This document shows, piece after piece, positions 13,215-26,620 of a stretch of 64,000 bases of DNA. Both the position numbers and the translations under genes were made by a program. Each line of letters begins with the position of its first letter. Positions within the stretch are counted from its first letter, which is position 1. Below the pieces are notes generated by a model. That model worked only from the letters and a program-made list of their open reading frames with translations, ran no database searches and was not told the DNA's origin. This DNA is from Eledone cirrhosa (taxonomy: Eukaryota), in assembly GCA_964016885.1 (NCBI GenBank), contig OZ024764.1, positions 15,624,001 through 15,688,000 on the forward strand, written 5' to 3'.

Positions 13215-14155
13215 CAGTCCACACTGTAAGGTGGTCATGTAGGGGACACAGTAAAAAGGCTCCCAGTCCACACTGTAAAGTGGTCATGTAGGAGACAGTA
13301 AAAAGGCTCCCAGTCCACACTGTAAAGTGGTGTGTAGGAGACACAGTAAAAAGGCTCCCAGTCCACACTGTAAACTGGTCATGTAGGAGACACAGTAAAA
13401 AGGCTCCCAGTCCACACTGTAAACTGGTCATGTAGGAGACACAGTAAAAAGGCTCCCAGTCCACACTGTAAAGTGGTCATGTAGGAGACACAGTAAAAAG
13501 GCTCCCAGTCCACACTGTAAAGTGGTGTGTAGGAGACACAGTAAAAAGGCTCCCAGTCCACACTGTAAAGTGGTGTGTAGGAGACACAGTAAAAAGGCTC
13601 CCAGTCCACACTGTAAACTGGTCATGTAGGAGACACAGTAAAAAGGCTCCCAGTCCACACTGTAAAGTGGTTGTGTAGGAGACACAGTAAAAAGGCTCCC
13701 AGTCCACACTGTAAAGTGGTCATGTAGGAGACACGGTGAAAAGGCTCCCAGTCTACACTGTAAGGTGGTAATGTAGGAGACAGTAAAAAAGCTTCCAGTC
13801 CACACTGTAAAGTGGTCATGTAGGGGACATGGTAAAAAGGCTCCCAGTCCACACTGTAAAGCAGTCATGTAGGAGACACAGTAAAAAGGCTCTCAGTCTA
13901 CACTGTAAAGCAGTCATGTAGGAGACATGGTGAAAAGGCTCTCAGTCCACACTGTAAAGCAGTCATGTAGGAGACACAGTAAAAAGGCTCTCAGTCTACA
14001 CTGTAAAGCAGTCATGTAGGAGACATGGTAAAAAGGCTCCCAGTCCACACTGTAAAGCAGTCATGTAGGAGACACAGTAAAAAGGCTCCCAGTCCACACT
14101 GTAAAGCAGTCATGTAGGAGACATGGTGAAAAGGCTCTCAGTCTACACTGTAAAT
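13215..14155. repeat. About 47-49-bp tandem array amplified from an internal segment of an RTE-type 3' region
   Basis: Unit CAGTCCACACTGTAAAGTGGTCATGTAGGAGACACAGTAAAAAGGCTCC; the same segment is single-copy at about 4380, 9965 and 20800. Confidence 0.9.
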
Positions 14156-14342
14156 GTGGTTGGTGTATCCAGCCATAGAAAACCTGCCAGATAGTCCTAT
14201 ATGAGCGAGACGACCAATCTTGCCTCAAGTGGGACAAACCGTTGAACCCATGCTAGCGTGGAAGATAGACATTAAACCATGATGATAATATGTGTGTATA
14301 TACCATTATCTATTCAGTATCTCTCCTACTTGTATATATACT

Positions 14343-14925
14343 CAGGGCAACTCAAAAAGCAACTGGCCCCATTTCTGTCTCAGTTGTTCATTTTTTAACA
14401 AAAACTGATGAAACTCCAAATATATTTAGTTGCAACCATTAAAAAATACATATAAAAATGTCTCCATCTTCTGATGTTTCTGTCCAGAGTTACAGCACAT
14501 CTTCCAAGGCACATTGTGAAGTTTAGCATAACGTCTTTACAAACAAACCTCGGATTGATTCTGACCCCTTCTGTGATGTTTTCCTTTAGTTTAGAGATGG
14601 TCCTGGGTGTGTTGACAAATCCTTCAAATAGCTCCTAAGAAATAAATTTGGGGACTTAATCCTTTAGCATTTCCATTACTCTATTTTTAATATTGTATTT
14701 TTATGGTACAGTTTATCTCACATCGTGTCAAATATATGAGATTTTGATATCATTTATTTTGAGAGTAATACCTTAACATAGGTATGAGCAGCTAGTTACG
14801 GCTGGTTTGAACAAAAAGAGGTGAGAATTCTGGCTGGATATGGCCAGTTTAAATGTTAAAGGGTTAAATCAGGGCTGTGTGGGCCCTCTCAAATTGATCA
14901 TACGATTTCCAAGGTTATTTTTCAC
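14343..14925 (-). pseudogene. Decayed Tc1/mariner transposase C-terminus, split by a piggyBac-type MITE
   Basis: After removing the MITE the minus strand reads NNLGNRMINLRG..PHSPDLSP/NLFLRSYLKD/VNTPRTISKLKENITEG..CKDVMLNF, matching the WPPRSPDLTPLDFFLWGYLK..PRTIEELK consensus, with frameshifts. Confidence 0.75.
14660..14863. mobile_element. piggyBac-type MITE with TTAA TSD; other copies at 22975-23179, 23764-23973, 24751-25186, 37577-38060
   Basis: TTAA|(C)CCTTTAGCATTT ... AAATG(C/T)TAAAGGG|TTAA; removal restores the SPDLSP frame, which confirms the TSD. Confidence 0.85.
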
Positions 14926-15023
14926 AGGGTCATCAGACGAGAATTCTTGTCAGATGACCCTGTGATAAACAGGTGAAACTCTAGAGTAACAAGACTCACT
15001 ATTTAGCCTTAATAAAAAAATAA

Positions 15024-15056
<33 letters not shown>

Positions 15057-15061
15057 TACAC

Positions 15062-15233
15062 ACCGTATTTCCCAGCGCTGAAGACCCTTCGTCCTCGAGG
15101 ACTCACCCTAATTTTGTCAACCAAAAATTTGAGAAAAAAAAAAATAAACAATCTTCAGCCTCCAGGACGCATGGTAGATTTTTGAGACTTATTTTAGGAA
15201 AAAAGTACCGTCTTCAACACCAGGAAATAGGGT
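15062..15233. mobile_element. Tc2/pogo-like MITE
   Basis: CCGTATTTCCCAGCGCTGAAGAC ... GTCTTCAACACCAGGAAATAGGG imperfect TIRs. Confidence 0.5.
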
Positions 15234-15274
15234 GTGTGTGTGTGTGTATATACACACATACATACAGATACGTA

Positions 15275-15376
15275 TAGGGTGTCCCCCAAAAAATGCATAC
15301 ACACTTCAACAGTATTCTATTAAATATTGCCTGTACAGGTAATCAAAGTTTGAATACTTTTTTGGGGGACACCCTG
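15275..15376. mobile_element. About 100-bp Tc1/mariner MITE
   Basis: TIRs AGGGTGTCCCCCAAAAAA / TTTTTTGGGGGACACCCT. Confidence 0.7.
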
Positions 15377-16174
15377 TTTATATATATATATATATATATA
15401 GTGTATTTCGTCTTCCACAAAACCTTGCCCAAGCTTGCTCTTAAATGAGATGCATCCAGTAAAAACTATTAAGGGAAGGGGTGAAGGACCCTTTTCTATA
15501 TATGTATGTCATTGGTGTTTGTTTGTGGTAAAATGTTCCCTTTTTTCTCATTTGCAGTCCCCATCTATTCTCTGTTTGACTGCTTCAATGGTAGATGTAA
15601 ATATTGTGTTGTTATTGTTGTATCTAATATGTTTTCTTGTTCTCTCATCCAACTCTTTGTCTGATACTAATCAAGCTTTTAATAATAATTGGTATTTTAT
15701 TATTAACCCATTCATGACAGTATTTCAATTAATTAGTGAAGAATTTGAGGTATTTACTAAACTTATTTCAATACTAAGACAGTAACTTAACATGATTCTT
15801 ATATAAAATTATATTCTGCGTCCAGAAAATATTCTTTTATCCCGTTTGTAAAATAAGTTGGATTATTTTGAATAAATAATGAATGAATATTACATAATTT
15901 CTCTACTAAATTTCGTTATTCTTGATTAAATATAAATAATTTTGTTGCTTATTTTAAGATTCACTTCTTTAAAATTTTCAAATGTCAACACTTCCGGTTA
16001 GCGATCGCTTAAATAAATATTCATATATTTCCGTCACTAATTTTCTCCTAATACAGTTTATATATAATATCGTCTTTTTTTAATGTATCATGGATTACGT
16101 TACTGATTACATAAGACAGTGTAACGCAGTCTTCGTTCAATTTCTGTGTATATTGTCAATTACGATGTTATTTG

Positions 16175-16405
16175 ATGTATCATATCTACATGTCTATATA
16201 CTTGTGTATAATATCAATATACACACTACACATGTATCATATCTACATGTCTATATACTTGTGTATAATATCAATATACACACTACACATGTATCATATC
16301 TACATGTATATATACTTGTGTATAATATCAATATACACACTACACATGTATCATATCTACATGTCTATATACTTGTGTATAATATCAATATACACACTAC
16401 ACATG
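16175..16405. repeat. 57-bp minisatellite, 4 copies
   Basis: TGTATCATATCTACATGTCTATATACTTGTGTATAATATCAATATACACACTACACA in tandem. Confidence 0.9.
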
Positions 16406-16659
16406 CTAGCAGAAAACTACCCCAAGGGTGGTCTTTCTGCTAGTTTTAATTAATTAATGAAGAATTTCAGAGAATTTACTAAAATTATTTCATTACTAAG
16501 ACAGTAACTTAAGATACGGTTCCTTATGTTGGAAAATTATGATGGAATGTTTTTAGATAAATATAAACACTTAAAAAAAAAAAAGTTTTGTATCAGAGAG
16601 CCAGGTGTGGTTTGGTGTCTGAGCAGTTGAGTTATTTCGAATATTTGTCTATTTTTCAG

Positions 16660-16706
16660 TACAATCTCAAGGTGCTCCTGTCCCGACATACCAACAGAGT
16701 CAGTAA
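16660..16706 (+). CDS. ATXN2: Ataxin-2 last coding exon (VQSQGAPVPTYQQSQ-stop); exon continues to 16729
   Basis: atttttcag| acceptor, phase 1 open frame with matching Q/P composition, TAA at 16704-16706, gtaagt donor at 16730. Confidence 0.7.
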
Positions 16707-17086
16707 ACTAGCTGCCATATATGGACAATGTAAGTGTATCTAGGACTACATTATCTAATGTATTCTGTCTTTTTGTTTTTGTTGTTTATTCTGAGGCTGG
16801 TCTTGATGCAGGGCCTATGAGATATAAGCTTGTAGGAGGTCAGCTAAACCTACATAGGTGTGAGCTATAACATGATAGAACTGATGTCTCTATCATTAAA
16901 ACACCCAAGAAACCTCCTATGAGATACAACCCTGTGAGCTGTTAATGAGGTTGGCATTAGGAAGGGCATCCAGCTGTAGAAATCAAGCCAGAATCAGTTC
17001 TGCATGAGCAAGACATGGTCACCTGACCTGGCATTGCCCACAACAGGACAACCAGTCTAACCCATGCCAGCTTGGAAAACGGACAT

Positions 17087-18132
17087 CCAGTCCACACTGT
17101 AAAGTGGTCATATAGGTGTCACAACAAAAAGCACCACCCAGCCCACACTGTAAAGTGGTCATATAGGTGTCACAACAAAAAGCACCCAGCCCACACTGTA
17201 AAGTGGTCATATAGGTGTCACAACAAAAAGCACCCAGCCCACACTGTAAAGTGGTCATGTAGGTGTCACAACAAAAAGTACCCAGTCCACACTATAAAGT
17301 GGTCATATAGGTGTCACAACAAAAAGCACCCAGTCCACACTGTAAAGTGGTCATGTAGGTGTCACAACAAAAAGTACCCAGCCCACACTGTAAAGTGGTC
17401 ATATAGGTGTCACAACAAAAAGTACCCAGCCCACACTGTAAAGTGGTCATGTAGGTGTCACAACAAAAAGTACCCAGTCCACACTGTAAAGTGGTCATAT
17501 AGGTGTCACAACAAAAAGCACCCAGCCCACACTGTAAAGTGGTCATGTAGGTGTCACAACAAAAAGCACCCAGTCCACACTGTAAAGTGGTCATATAGGT
17601 GTCACAACAAACAGCACCCAGTCCACACTGTAAAGTGGTCATGTAGGTGTCACAACAAAAAGCACCCAGCCCACACTGTAAAGTGGTCATGTAGGTGTCA
17701 CAACAAACAGCACCCAGTCCACACTGTAAAGTGGTCATATAGGTGTCACAACAAACAGCACCCAGTCCACACTGTAAAGTGGTTATGTAGGTGTCACAAC
17801 AAAAAGCACCCAGTCCACACTGTAAAGTGGTCATATAGGTGTCACAACAAACAGCACCCAGCCCACACTGTAAAGTAGTCATGTAGGTGTCACAACAAAA
17901 AGCACCCAGCCCACACTGTAAAGTAGTCATGTAGGTGTCACAACAAAAAGCACCCAGCCCACACTGTAAAGTAGTCATGTAGGTGTCACAACAAAAAGTA
18001 CCCAGTCCACACTGTAAAGTGGTCATGTAGGTGTCACAACAAAAAACACCCAGGTCATGTAGGTGTCACAACAAAAAACACCCAGGTCATGTAGGTGTCA
18101 CAACAAAAAGCACCCAGCCCACACTGTAAAGT
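17087..18132. repeat. 48-bp tandem array from the RTE-type 3' region, in the Ataxin-2 3'UTR intron
   Basis: Unit CCAGYCCACACTGTAAAGTGGTCATRTAGGTGTCACAACAAAAAGCAC, about 21 copies. Confidence 0.92.
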
Positions 18133-18338
18133 GGTTGGCGTTAGGAAGGGCATCTAGCCGTAGAAAACCAGCCAGAAACAATTCTTATGGGGAAGACATG
18201 GTCACCCGGCCCAACTTGTCTGTAAACCCGTCTAATCCATGCTAGCGGGGAAGATAGATATTAAACGGTGATGGTGATGATGATGATGATAGAATTTTAT
18301 GTATTCCCTCTAAACTATTCTTTCTTTTTCTCCTCCAG

Positions 18339-18540
18339 GTTGATAAAGCGAGAAACAACAACAACAACAACAACAACAATTTAAAATGCTGAGACGCTTT
18401 CTTCTTTTTTTTTTTTTAAATCTGATTCTTCCTTCTCCTCCCCCGAAAGTGATGCTGGCTTAAAATCCACACCTACACACGTGACATCCACCATAACTAC
18501 TGCTACTACTACTAGATGATGACAACAAACACACATATAT
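18339..18540 (+). other. ATXN2: Probable terminal 3'UTR exon of Ataxin-2 (3' end not determined)
   Basis: Strong acceptor ttctttctttttctcctccag|G followed by unique U-rich sequence. Confidence 0.55.
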
Positions 18541-18573
18541 GTTTATAAGCGTTTGTGTCTCTCTCTCTATATG

Positions 18574-18621
<48 letters not shown>

Positions 18622-18764
18622 ATACATACATATACATATATATGTATATATATATATATATATATAATACATATACATATATATATGTATATGTATACAT
18701 ATAATATATATATACATGTATGTATATACATATATATATATATATGTACATATATATATATATG

Positions 18765-18798
<34 letters not shown>

Positions 18799-19412
18799 TA
18801 TGTATATATATATATATGTATGTATGTACATATATATATATATATATATATATGTACATATATATATGTACATATATGTATATGTACATATATACATATA
18901 TATGTATATATACATATATATGTATATATACATATATATGTATATATACATATGTATATATGTATATACATATATATATATGTATATTTACATATTTATA
19001 TATATGTATATTTACATATTTATATATATGTATATTTACATATTTATATATATATGTATATTTACATATTTATATATATGTATATATACATATATGTATA
19101 TATACATATATGTATATATACATATATATATGTATATATATATATGTATATATACATATATGAATATATATATGTATATATACATATATGTATATATACA
19201 TATATATATGTATATATATGTATGTATATATATGTATATATATATATGTATATATACATATATGAATATATATATGTATATATACATATATATATGTATA
19301 TATACATATATATATGTATATATACATATATATATATGTACATATATATATATATATGTACATATACATATATATATATATATATACATATATACATATG
19401 TATAAATATACA

Positions 19413-19446
<34 letters not shown>

Positions 19447-20003
19447 CACATATATATATACACACACATATATATATATATACATACACACATATATATG
19501 GCACACATAAAAGCAATGATGATGATGATGATGATGATGATAATGACACACACATGTGTATATATATATTATATATACATATATATTTCCGTGTGTGCAC
19601 ATATATATATATATGTGTATGTATATATACACCTATACACACGTGTATGTGTATATATCTCCCCAGAAAACAGCTGGTTTGGCCATTGTGTATCCAATAA
19701 CCACCATTTTGTTTCTCTGATTCAATTTTTTTGATACAAAGACCTGCACAAACTGAATGCAAGAAAAGACTAATAATAAAAATAATAATAATAATGATTT
19801 CTTTATTGGCCTCTAATAGTAATAATAATGATAAAATTTCAACAAAAAAAAACTATAAAAAAAAAACAATCTTCCCCCTCTCCCTTACACACACATACAT
19901 ACATACATACATACACATACATACACATACACATATATATATACATTTAGGTGCAGACAGATACACATAGGCATAATAAGAAACACACATGAATATGCAT
20001 ACA

Positions 20004-20036
<33 letters not shown>

Positions 20037-20075
20037 GTACACATGTATATATATATATATATATACACATACACA

Positions 20076-20106
<31 letters not shown>

Positions 20107-20207
20107 ATATATGTATGTATGTGTATATATATATGTATTTATGTATATATATATATCTATATATATATGTATTTATGTATATATATATATCTATATATAT
20201 ATGTGTG

Positions 20208-20268
<61 letters not shown>

Positions 20269-20397
20269 GTGTGTATGTATATATATATATATATATATGT
20301 GTGTATGTATATATATATATATATATATGTGTGTATGTATATATATATATGTGTGTATGTATATATATATGTGTGTGTATGTATATATATATATATA

Positions 20398-20486
<89 letters not shown>

Positions 20487-20521
20487 GTGTATATATATAT
20501 ATATATGTGTATATATATATA

Positions 20522-20595
<74 letters not shown>

Positions 20596-21526
20596 ACATG
20601 GCAAACATTCAATGATGCTGCCTCGTGGAGACAGTTTTGTAGAAAATGAAATAATAATAATAATGATAATAATAATAAAGATAATAATAATAATAATAAA
20701 AAAACCCAAAAAAAGTATATATAAAAAAAACCTCCAAATGGTGTTTTGTCTTCTCTCTCTCTATCATATATATATATATATATATATATATACCGTGGAG
20801 GTAACACGGTAAAAAGTAAGTCCCAGTTCCACACTGTAAATGTGGTTGGTGTTAGGAAGGGCACCCAGCTGTAGAAAACCTGCCAGATAGTCCTATATGA
20901 GCGAGACACAGTCACCCGACCAACCTTGCCTCAAGTGGGACAACTCCCGTCTAATCCATGCTAGCGTGGAAGATAGACGTTAAACGATGATGATGATGAT
21001 GACATATATATATAAGCCAGAATCAGTACCCGTCCCACCCTTGCAAGCAGGGAAAAGCGTACGTAAAATGAATTGAAATGAAATATATAATTCGTTTTTT
21101 ACCTAAACCGCAAAATCAAGGAGTTCTGAAACTAATGAAGTCAATCTGTGAACGCAGATTGACTTTATATATATATATATATAATGGAGGCAGATGGCTT
21201 AGTGTGGTTAGAGCATTGGCCTTGCAATCGAAAGGTTGTGAGTTCAATTCTCAGACCGGGTGATGTGTTGTTTCCTTGAGCAAGACACTTTATTTCACAT
21301 TGCTCCAGTTTACTCAGCTGTAGAGATGAGATGATAGGGATAGGGGTCCCTATCATTCCACTGCAAAGTGGTCGTGGAGGTGCCACGGCAAAAACAGCTC
21401 CCAGCCCACAACTGTAAATGAGGTTGGTGTTAGGAAGGGCATCCAGCTGTAGAGATCAAGCCAGAATCAGTTCCCATCCCACCCTTGCAAGCAGGGAAAA
21501 GCGGACGTAAAATGATGATGATGATG

Positions 21527-21820
21527 AGATATCTCAAAGAACTCTGTCATCCCATCAGGTGTAATGACTTGGGCTCTGGTGTTGGTGTAGAGCAGTGATA
21601 TCAGGTCCACTATCCTCTTGGGGATTCCATAAGCCTGTAAGATCTTCAGGCAGTTGATGGTCCACAGAATTAAAGGCCTTCCTAAAGTCAATGAAAACGA
21701 TGACCGCAGGAAGGCACTTTGCTCTAGCTCCCTCTAATATCCTCCTCAGCATCATGATGTGACTGGTGGTTGATCTTCCGTCTCTGAAGCCGTTCTGGTT
21801 GTCCCTGAGTTTCTTCTCCA
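21527..21820 (-). mobile_element. LINE (RTE-like) reverse transcriptase fragment
   Basis: LRDNQNGFRDGRSTTSHI..LRRILE..FIDFRKAFNSVD / ILQAYGIP..LYTNTRAQVITPDG, frameshifted. Confidence 0.85.
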
Positions 21821-22061
21821 TCCCATATATATGTGTGTATGATGCATCCTGACCCTCAAGTGGTCCTCTTACACACCTCATACTGTGGTACTTGAGAAAG
21901 TGGGTTGCCCCAGTATTGAGAGGAGGATTATGTTGGGCTGGTCATGTGGTCAGAATGGAAGGTTCCTTAAACAGATCTTATAGGGAGCTGATCCCATAAA
22001 ACAGTTTAAGGATATGCTCATCAGGTCAATATGTCCAGACCAGTGCAATTATTGCCTAGAT

Positions 22062-22380
22062 CAGCGTTTCTCAACCTTTTTACCCTTGTAGAATCCTTGA
22101 AATAGGTTCATGTCTCAGGGAACCCCTACATAAAAATTATTATATACCATTATTAATATCTATCTCTTATATTGACCTAGTTTTAAATAATATAAGAGGT
22201 TGAAGCCTTTCTTAAAATAAACAAGAATTTTCTGACAATGCCGTAAATGCAGAGTAAAATTACGAATATAAAATTACTTTTAAGAAATACATTAGTTTAT
22301 TTATCACTGGTTCTCGCGGAACCCCTAGCGACCTCTTGCGGAATCCTAGGGTTCCAGGGAACACCGGTTGAGAAATGCTG
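22062..22380. mobile_element. hAT (Charlie-like) MITE with perfect 8-bp TSD GCCTAGAT
   Basis: CAGCGTTTCTCAACC ... GGTTGAGAAATGCTG; TSD at 22054-22061 and 22381-22388. Confidence 0.9.
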
Positions 22381-24208
22381 GCCTAGATGGAAGAGATACC
22401 AACTGCAGCTGAAACATAACATCAGTCAGGAGTGAATGAGTTCCATTTTATTTTCAGAATATGTGTTAAACCCTGTTGATGGATAGTTCCAGAAGAGATA
22501 ACACAAGCAGCATTCTGTTGGTTACAACAATGAGAGTGGAACAGCCTGCTCATGAAATTAACGAGCAAGTGACTGAGCATTCCACAAACATGCGTATTCT
22601 TAATGTAGCTCTCATAGATATTCAGCTTGTCACAGAATGTGACAAGGCTGGCCTGTTTGTATTTCAGGTACAACTCAGTTTTGTCAACTGAGTGGTCTGA
22701 AGTAATGTGAAATAAAGTACCTTGCCCAAGGACACAGCACACTGCCTAGAATCGAACTCACAACTTCACAATCAAGCCGAATATTCTAACCACAAAGCCA
22801 AACACCTTAACATGGTAACACAAAGAAACTATAAACAGATATTTCTGTTTCATTCTTGATGTGTCTGACCAAACTTGACTCTAAAGTCCCAAAAGATTTT
22901 GCTGTCTTTTGAATCCAATGTTCCATCTTTATACACTGCACTCCCAAAGTATATGAACAATTCAACTATCTTAACCCTTTAGCATTTGCATTACTCCATA
23001 TTTACTCTAGTATTTTTGCAGTAAAGGCTTTATCTCACATAACATCAAAATCTCATAGATTCGATATCTATTTTGAGAACAATACCTTAACATCAGTATG
23101 AGTGGCCAGTTATAGCCAATTTGAACAGCAAGAGGTGAGAAAATTCTGGCTGGATATGACCGGTTTAAATGCTAAAAGGTTAAGATTACCTTTCACATAT
23201 ATTTCAGGTTGCTACACAATTTGTCCAGGTGTCGGATGACAAAACTCATTTCCTTTAAATATATAATCTAACCTAAGATATCACTTTCTGAATCAAATCA
23301 ATGATTGCAATCCATACTCAGTATGACTGTCAAGGGCTTAGTCATCAGCTTACAGAAGATCTCTTTAACTATAATATCTCCATATAGTTGGTGTTAGGAA
23401 GAGCATATAGACAATATGCCCCCACACCCTCCACCGCAAGGTGGTCGCGGAGGTGCCACGGAAAAAAAGTACCCAGCACTCGCTGTAAATGAGGTTGGTG
23501 TTAGGAAGGGCATCCAGCTGTAGAAATCAAGCCAGAATCAGTTCCTGTATGAGCAAGACATGGTCAGCTGACCAGACACTGCCCACAACAGGACAACCCG
23601 TCTAACCCATGCTAGCGTGGAAGAACGGACGTAAAACGGTGATGATGATGATGATGATCCTGCCAGAAACAGTTCTGTACTAGAATTAAAGATATATTTG
23701 AATCCAATGTGTCATCTTTATTCACTGCACTCCCAAGGTATATTACTGATTCAACTACCTTAACCCTTTAATGTTCAAACCAGCCAGAATTCTCTACCTC
23801 TTTCTGTTGAAACTGGCTGTAACTGGTCACTCAAACTGATGTTAAGGTATTGATTTCAAAATAAATACTTTCAAGATCTCATAGATTCGATATTATGTGA
23901 GGTAATTATGCAAGGTAAAGCCTTTACCATGAAAATGTAATAGTATATATAGAGTAATGTGAATGCTAAAGGGTTAAGATTACCTTTCACATATATTTCG
24001 GGTTGCTACACAATTTGTCCAGATGTAGGACGACATAAAAATCATTTTCTTTAAATCTATAGTCTAACCTAAGATATCACTTTCTGAATCAAATGCAGAA
24101 ATCAACAATTGCAACCCATGCTCAGCTTACAGAAGATCTCTTTAGTGAGGTGAACACACTGCTCTTAAATTCCATCTTTGCTAAATTAAAGCCATTTTCT
24201 GTGGTACA

Positions 24209-24239
<31 letters not shown>

Positions 24240-24279
24240 TCCTTCATTGTTGTTTTGTAGAACATGGCAACAAAATATA

Positions 24280-24746
24280 TTTTGTAGTGTCAGAGTTCCC
24301 TTCTTCACACCATTTTCCACTGCAAAAGGCTTAGAGTGTGTGCCTCCAAAGTTAACTCAGTTTTCATATATTTAAAGAGTGCTTTCAATATATATATAAA
24401 CTTTCAAGGGCATTAGAATTGAGACAAAATGAACCACAAGGTGTTCCTATTAGCAGTATCAAACACCTTACTGAGATCGACAAAACTGGTAGAGAGTGAG
24501 GTTCTGTTCAATACATTTTTCTTGCAGTTGTCTGACTGTGAAGATCATATCATTAGTGCCTCATTTTACCCTAAAACCACAATGTGTCCCTGATAGGGCT
24601 CTTGGCACTATGAACTTAAGCCGTTCCAAAGGGAACACTGGAAGATTTTAAACTTAAAATCTTCCCAAAGATTGCTCAGGTCAAGTGTGGTATCTAATGC
24701 ACTACGAAAATTGTGGGCAGCATTGAAAGACTTGAAACTTGTCACA
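24280..24746 (-). mobile_element. Decayed RTE-type LINE RT fragment
   Basis: Minus strand: HCGFR..GTNDMIFTVRQLQEKCIEQNLTLY/FVDLSKVFDTANR. Confidence 0.75.
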
Positions 24747-26224
24747 TTAACCAATTAGCATTTAAACCAGCTGCATCTGGCCAGGATTCTCTCACCTCTT
24801 TCTGTTCAAACTGGCTGTAACTGGCCACTTATACTGATGTTAAGGTGTTGTTCTCAATAAATGATATCAAAATCTCACAGATTCTATACTATTTACCGTG
24901 AAAATACAATAGTATATATAGAGTAATGTAAATGTTATGTGAGGTAAAGCCTTTACCATGAAAATACAATAGTATATATAGAGTAATGTAAATGTTATGT
25001 GAGGTAAAGCCTTTACCATGAAAATACAATAGTATATATAGAGTAATGTAAATGTTATGTGAGGTAAAGCCTTTACCATGAAAATACAATAGTATATATA
25101 TAGAGTAATGTAAATGTTATGTGAGGTAAAGCCTTTACCATGAAAATACAATAGTATATATATAGAGTAATGTAAATGCTAAAGGGTTAAGTTTCTTTGG
25201 TACTTTTTCCAGTGTCTAGTTTTTACTGTTATATTTAGAGTTTGGCCCTGACTTGTCGATGATCAGTCCAGCACTCTACTACTCTCATTGTACACACTAC
25301 ATACATCTTTTATAAAGGTGCATGGGTTAGTGTTAGGCTGACAATCGTGAGGTTGTGAGTTCGATTTTTGGATCGGGCGAGGCGTGTTCTTGAGCAAGAC
25401 ACTTTATTTCATGTTGCTCCAGTTTACTCAGCTGTGGAAATGAATTGTGATGTCACTGGTGCCAAGCTGTATCAGCCATTGCTTTTCCCTTGGACAACAT
25501 CATACATAGTGTATATAAAGTGTATATATATGTTGTCATGTCACTGGTGCCAAGCTGTATCAGCCATTGCTTTTCCCTTGGACAACATCATACATAGTGT
25601 ATATACAGTGTATATATATATATGTTATGTCACTGGTGCCAAGCTCTATCGGTTATAGCCATTCCCTTGGACAACATCATACATAGTGTATATATAATGT
25701 ATATACAGTGTATATATATATATGTTGTCATGTCACTGGTGCCAAGCTGTGAACTTTCCCTTGGGCAACATCAGTGGCATATAGAGGGGAGATTGATATG
25801 CATGACTGACTATTGGCCTTCCACAAACAGCCTTGTCTGGACTTGTGCCTCGGAGGGGAAGTTTCTAAGTGCAAATCCAATGGTCCTTCATCACCAAATG
25901 GGGTCTTTACCCTCACACACATCTTTTAACTATCTCCATATAGTTCATGTTAGGAAGGGCATCCACCTGTAGAAAACCTGCCAGAAACAGTTCTGTACGA
26001 GCGAGACACAGTTATCACCATCATCATCATCATCATTTAACATCTATCTTCCACGCTAGCATGGGTTAGACGGGAATTGTTCCATTTGAGGCAAGATTGG
26101 TCAGGTGACTGTGTCTCGCTCGTATAGGACTGTCTGGCAGGTTTTCTACGGCTGGATGCCCTTCCTAACACCAACCACATTTACAGCGTGGACTGGAAGC
26201 TTTTTACCGTGTTACCTACATGAC

Positions 26225-26620
26225 CACCTGTATAGTAAATCAAGTAATACAGGACAGAGTCATAACCAATGACTGGTGCAGCAGTACAATTATAAATTGC
26301 TACAAGGGTAAAGGTGATGCCTTAGAAAGGAGCAACTGGAGAGGAATAAAACTAATGGACAAAGTTATGAAAGTGATGGAAAGAGTTATAGCACAGCTAG
26401 TTAGGGAAAAATTCAAATTAGATGAGATGCTGTCTGGTTTCATGCCTGGCAAAAGTGCAACAGATGCCTTCTTCTGAGTGAGGCAACTACATGAGAAGTT
26501 CCTAGCCAAAAATAAGCCACTATATTTAACTTTTGATAGAGTACTTTGATCTATTATCTGGTAGTCTCTAAGGAATCTAGATTAAGAAGAATGAGTGGTG
26601 GTTCTGCTCAATGTGTAGAA
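26225..26620 (+). mobile_element. RTE-type LINE RT fragment
   Basis: DWCSSTIINCYKGKGDALERSNWRGIKLM..GFMPGKSATDAFF*VRQLHEKFLAKNKPLY. Confidence 0.85.

Noticed and set aside
17072-18026. His/Cys-rich 16-aa repeat ORFs resembling metal-binding proteins
   Set aside because: A 48-bp retroelement-derived minisatellite that is open by chance on both strands
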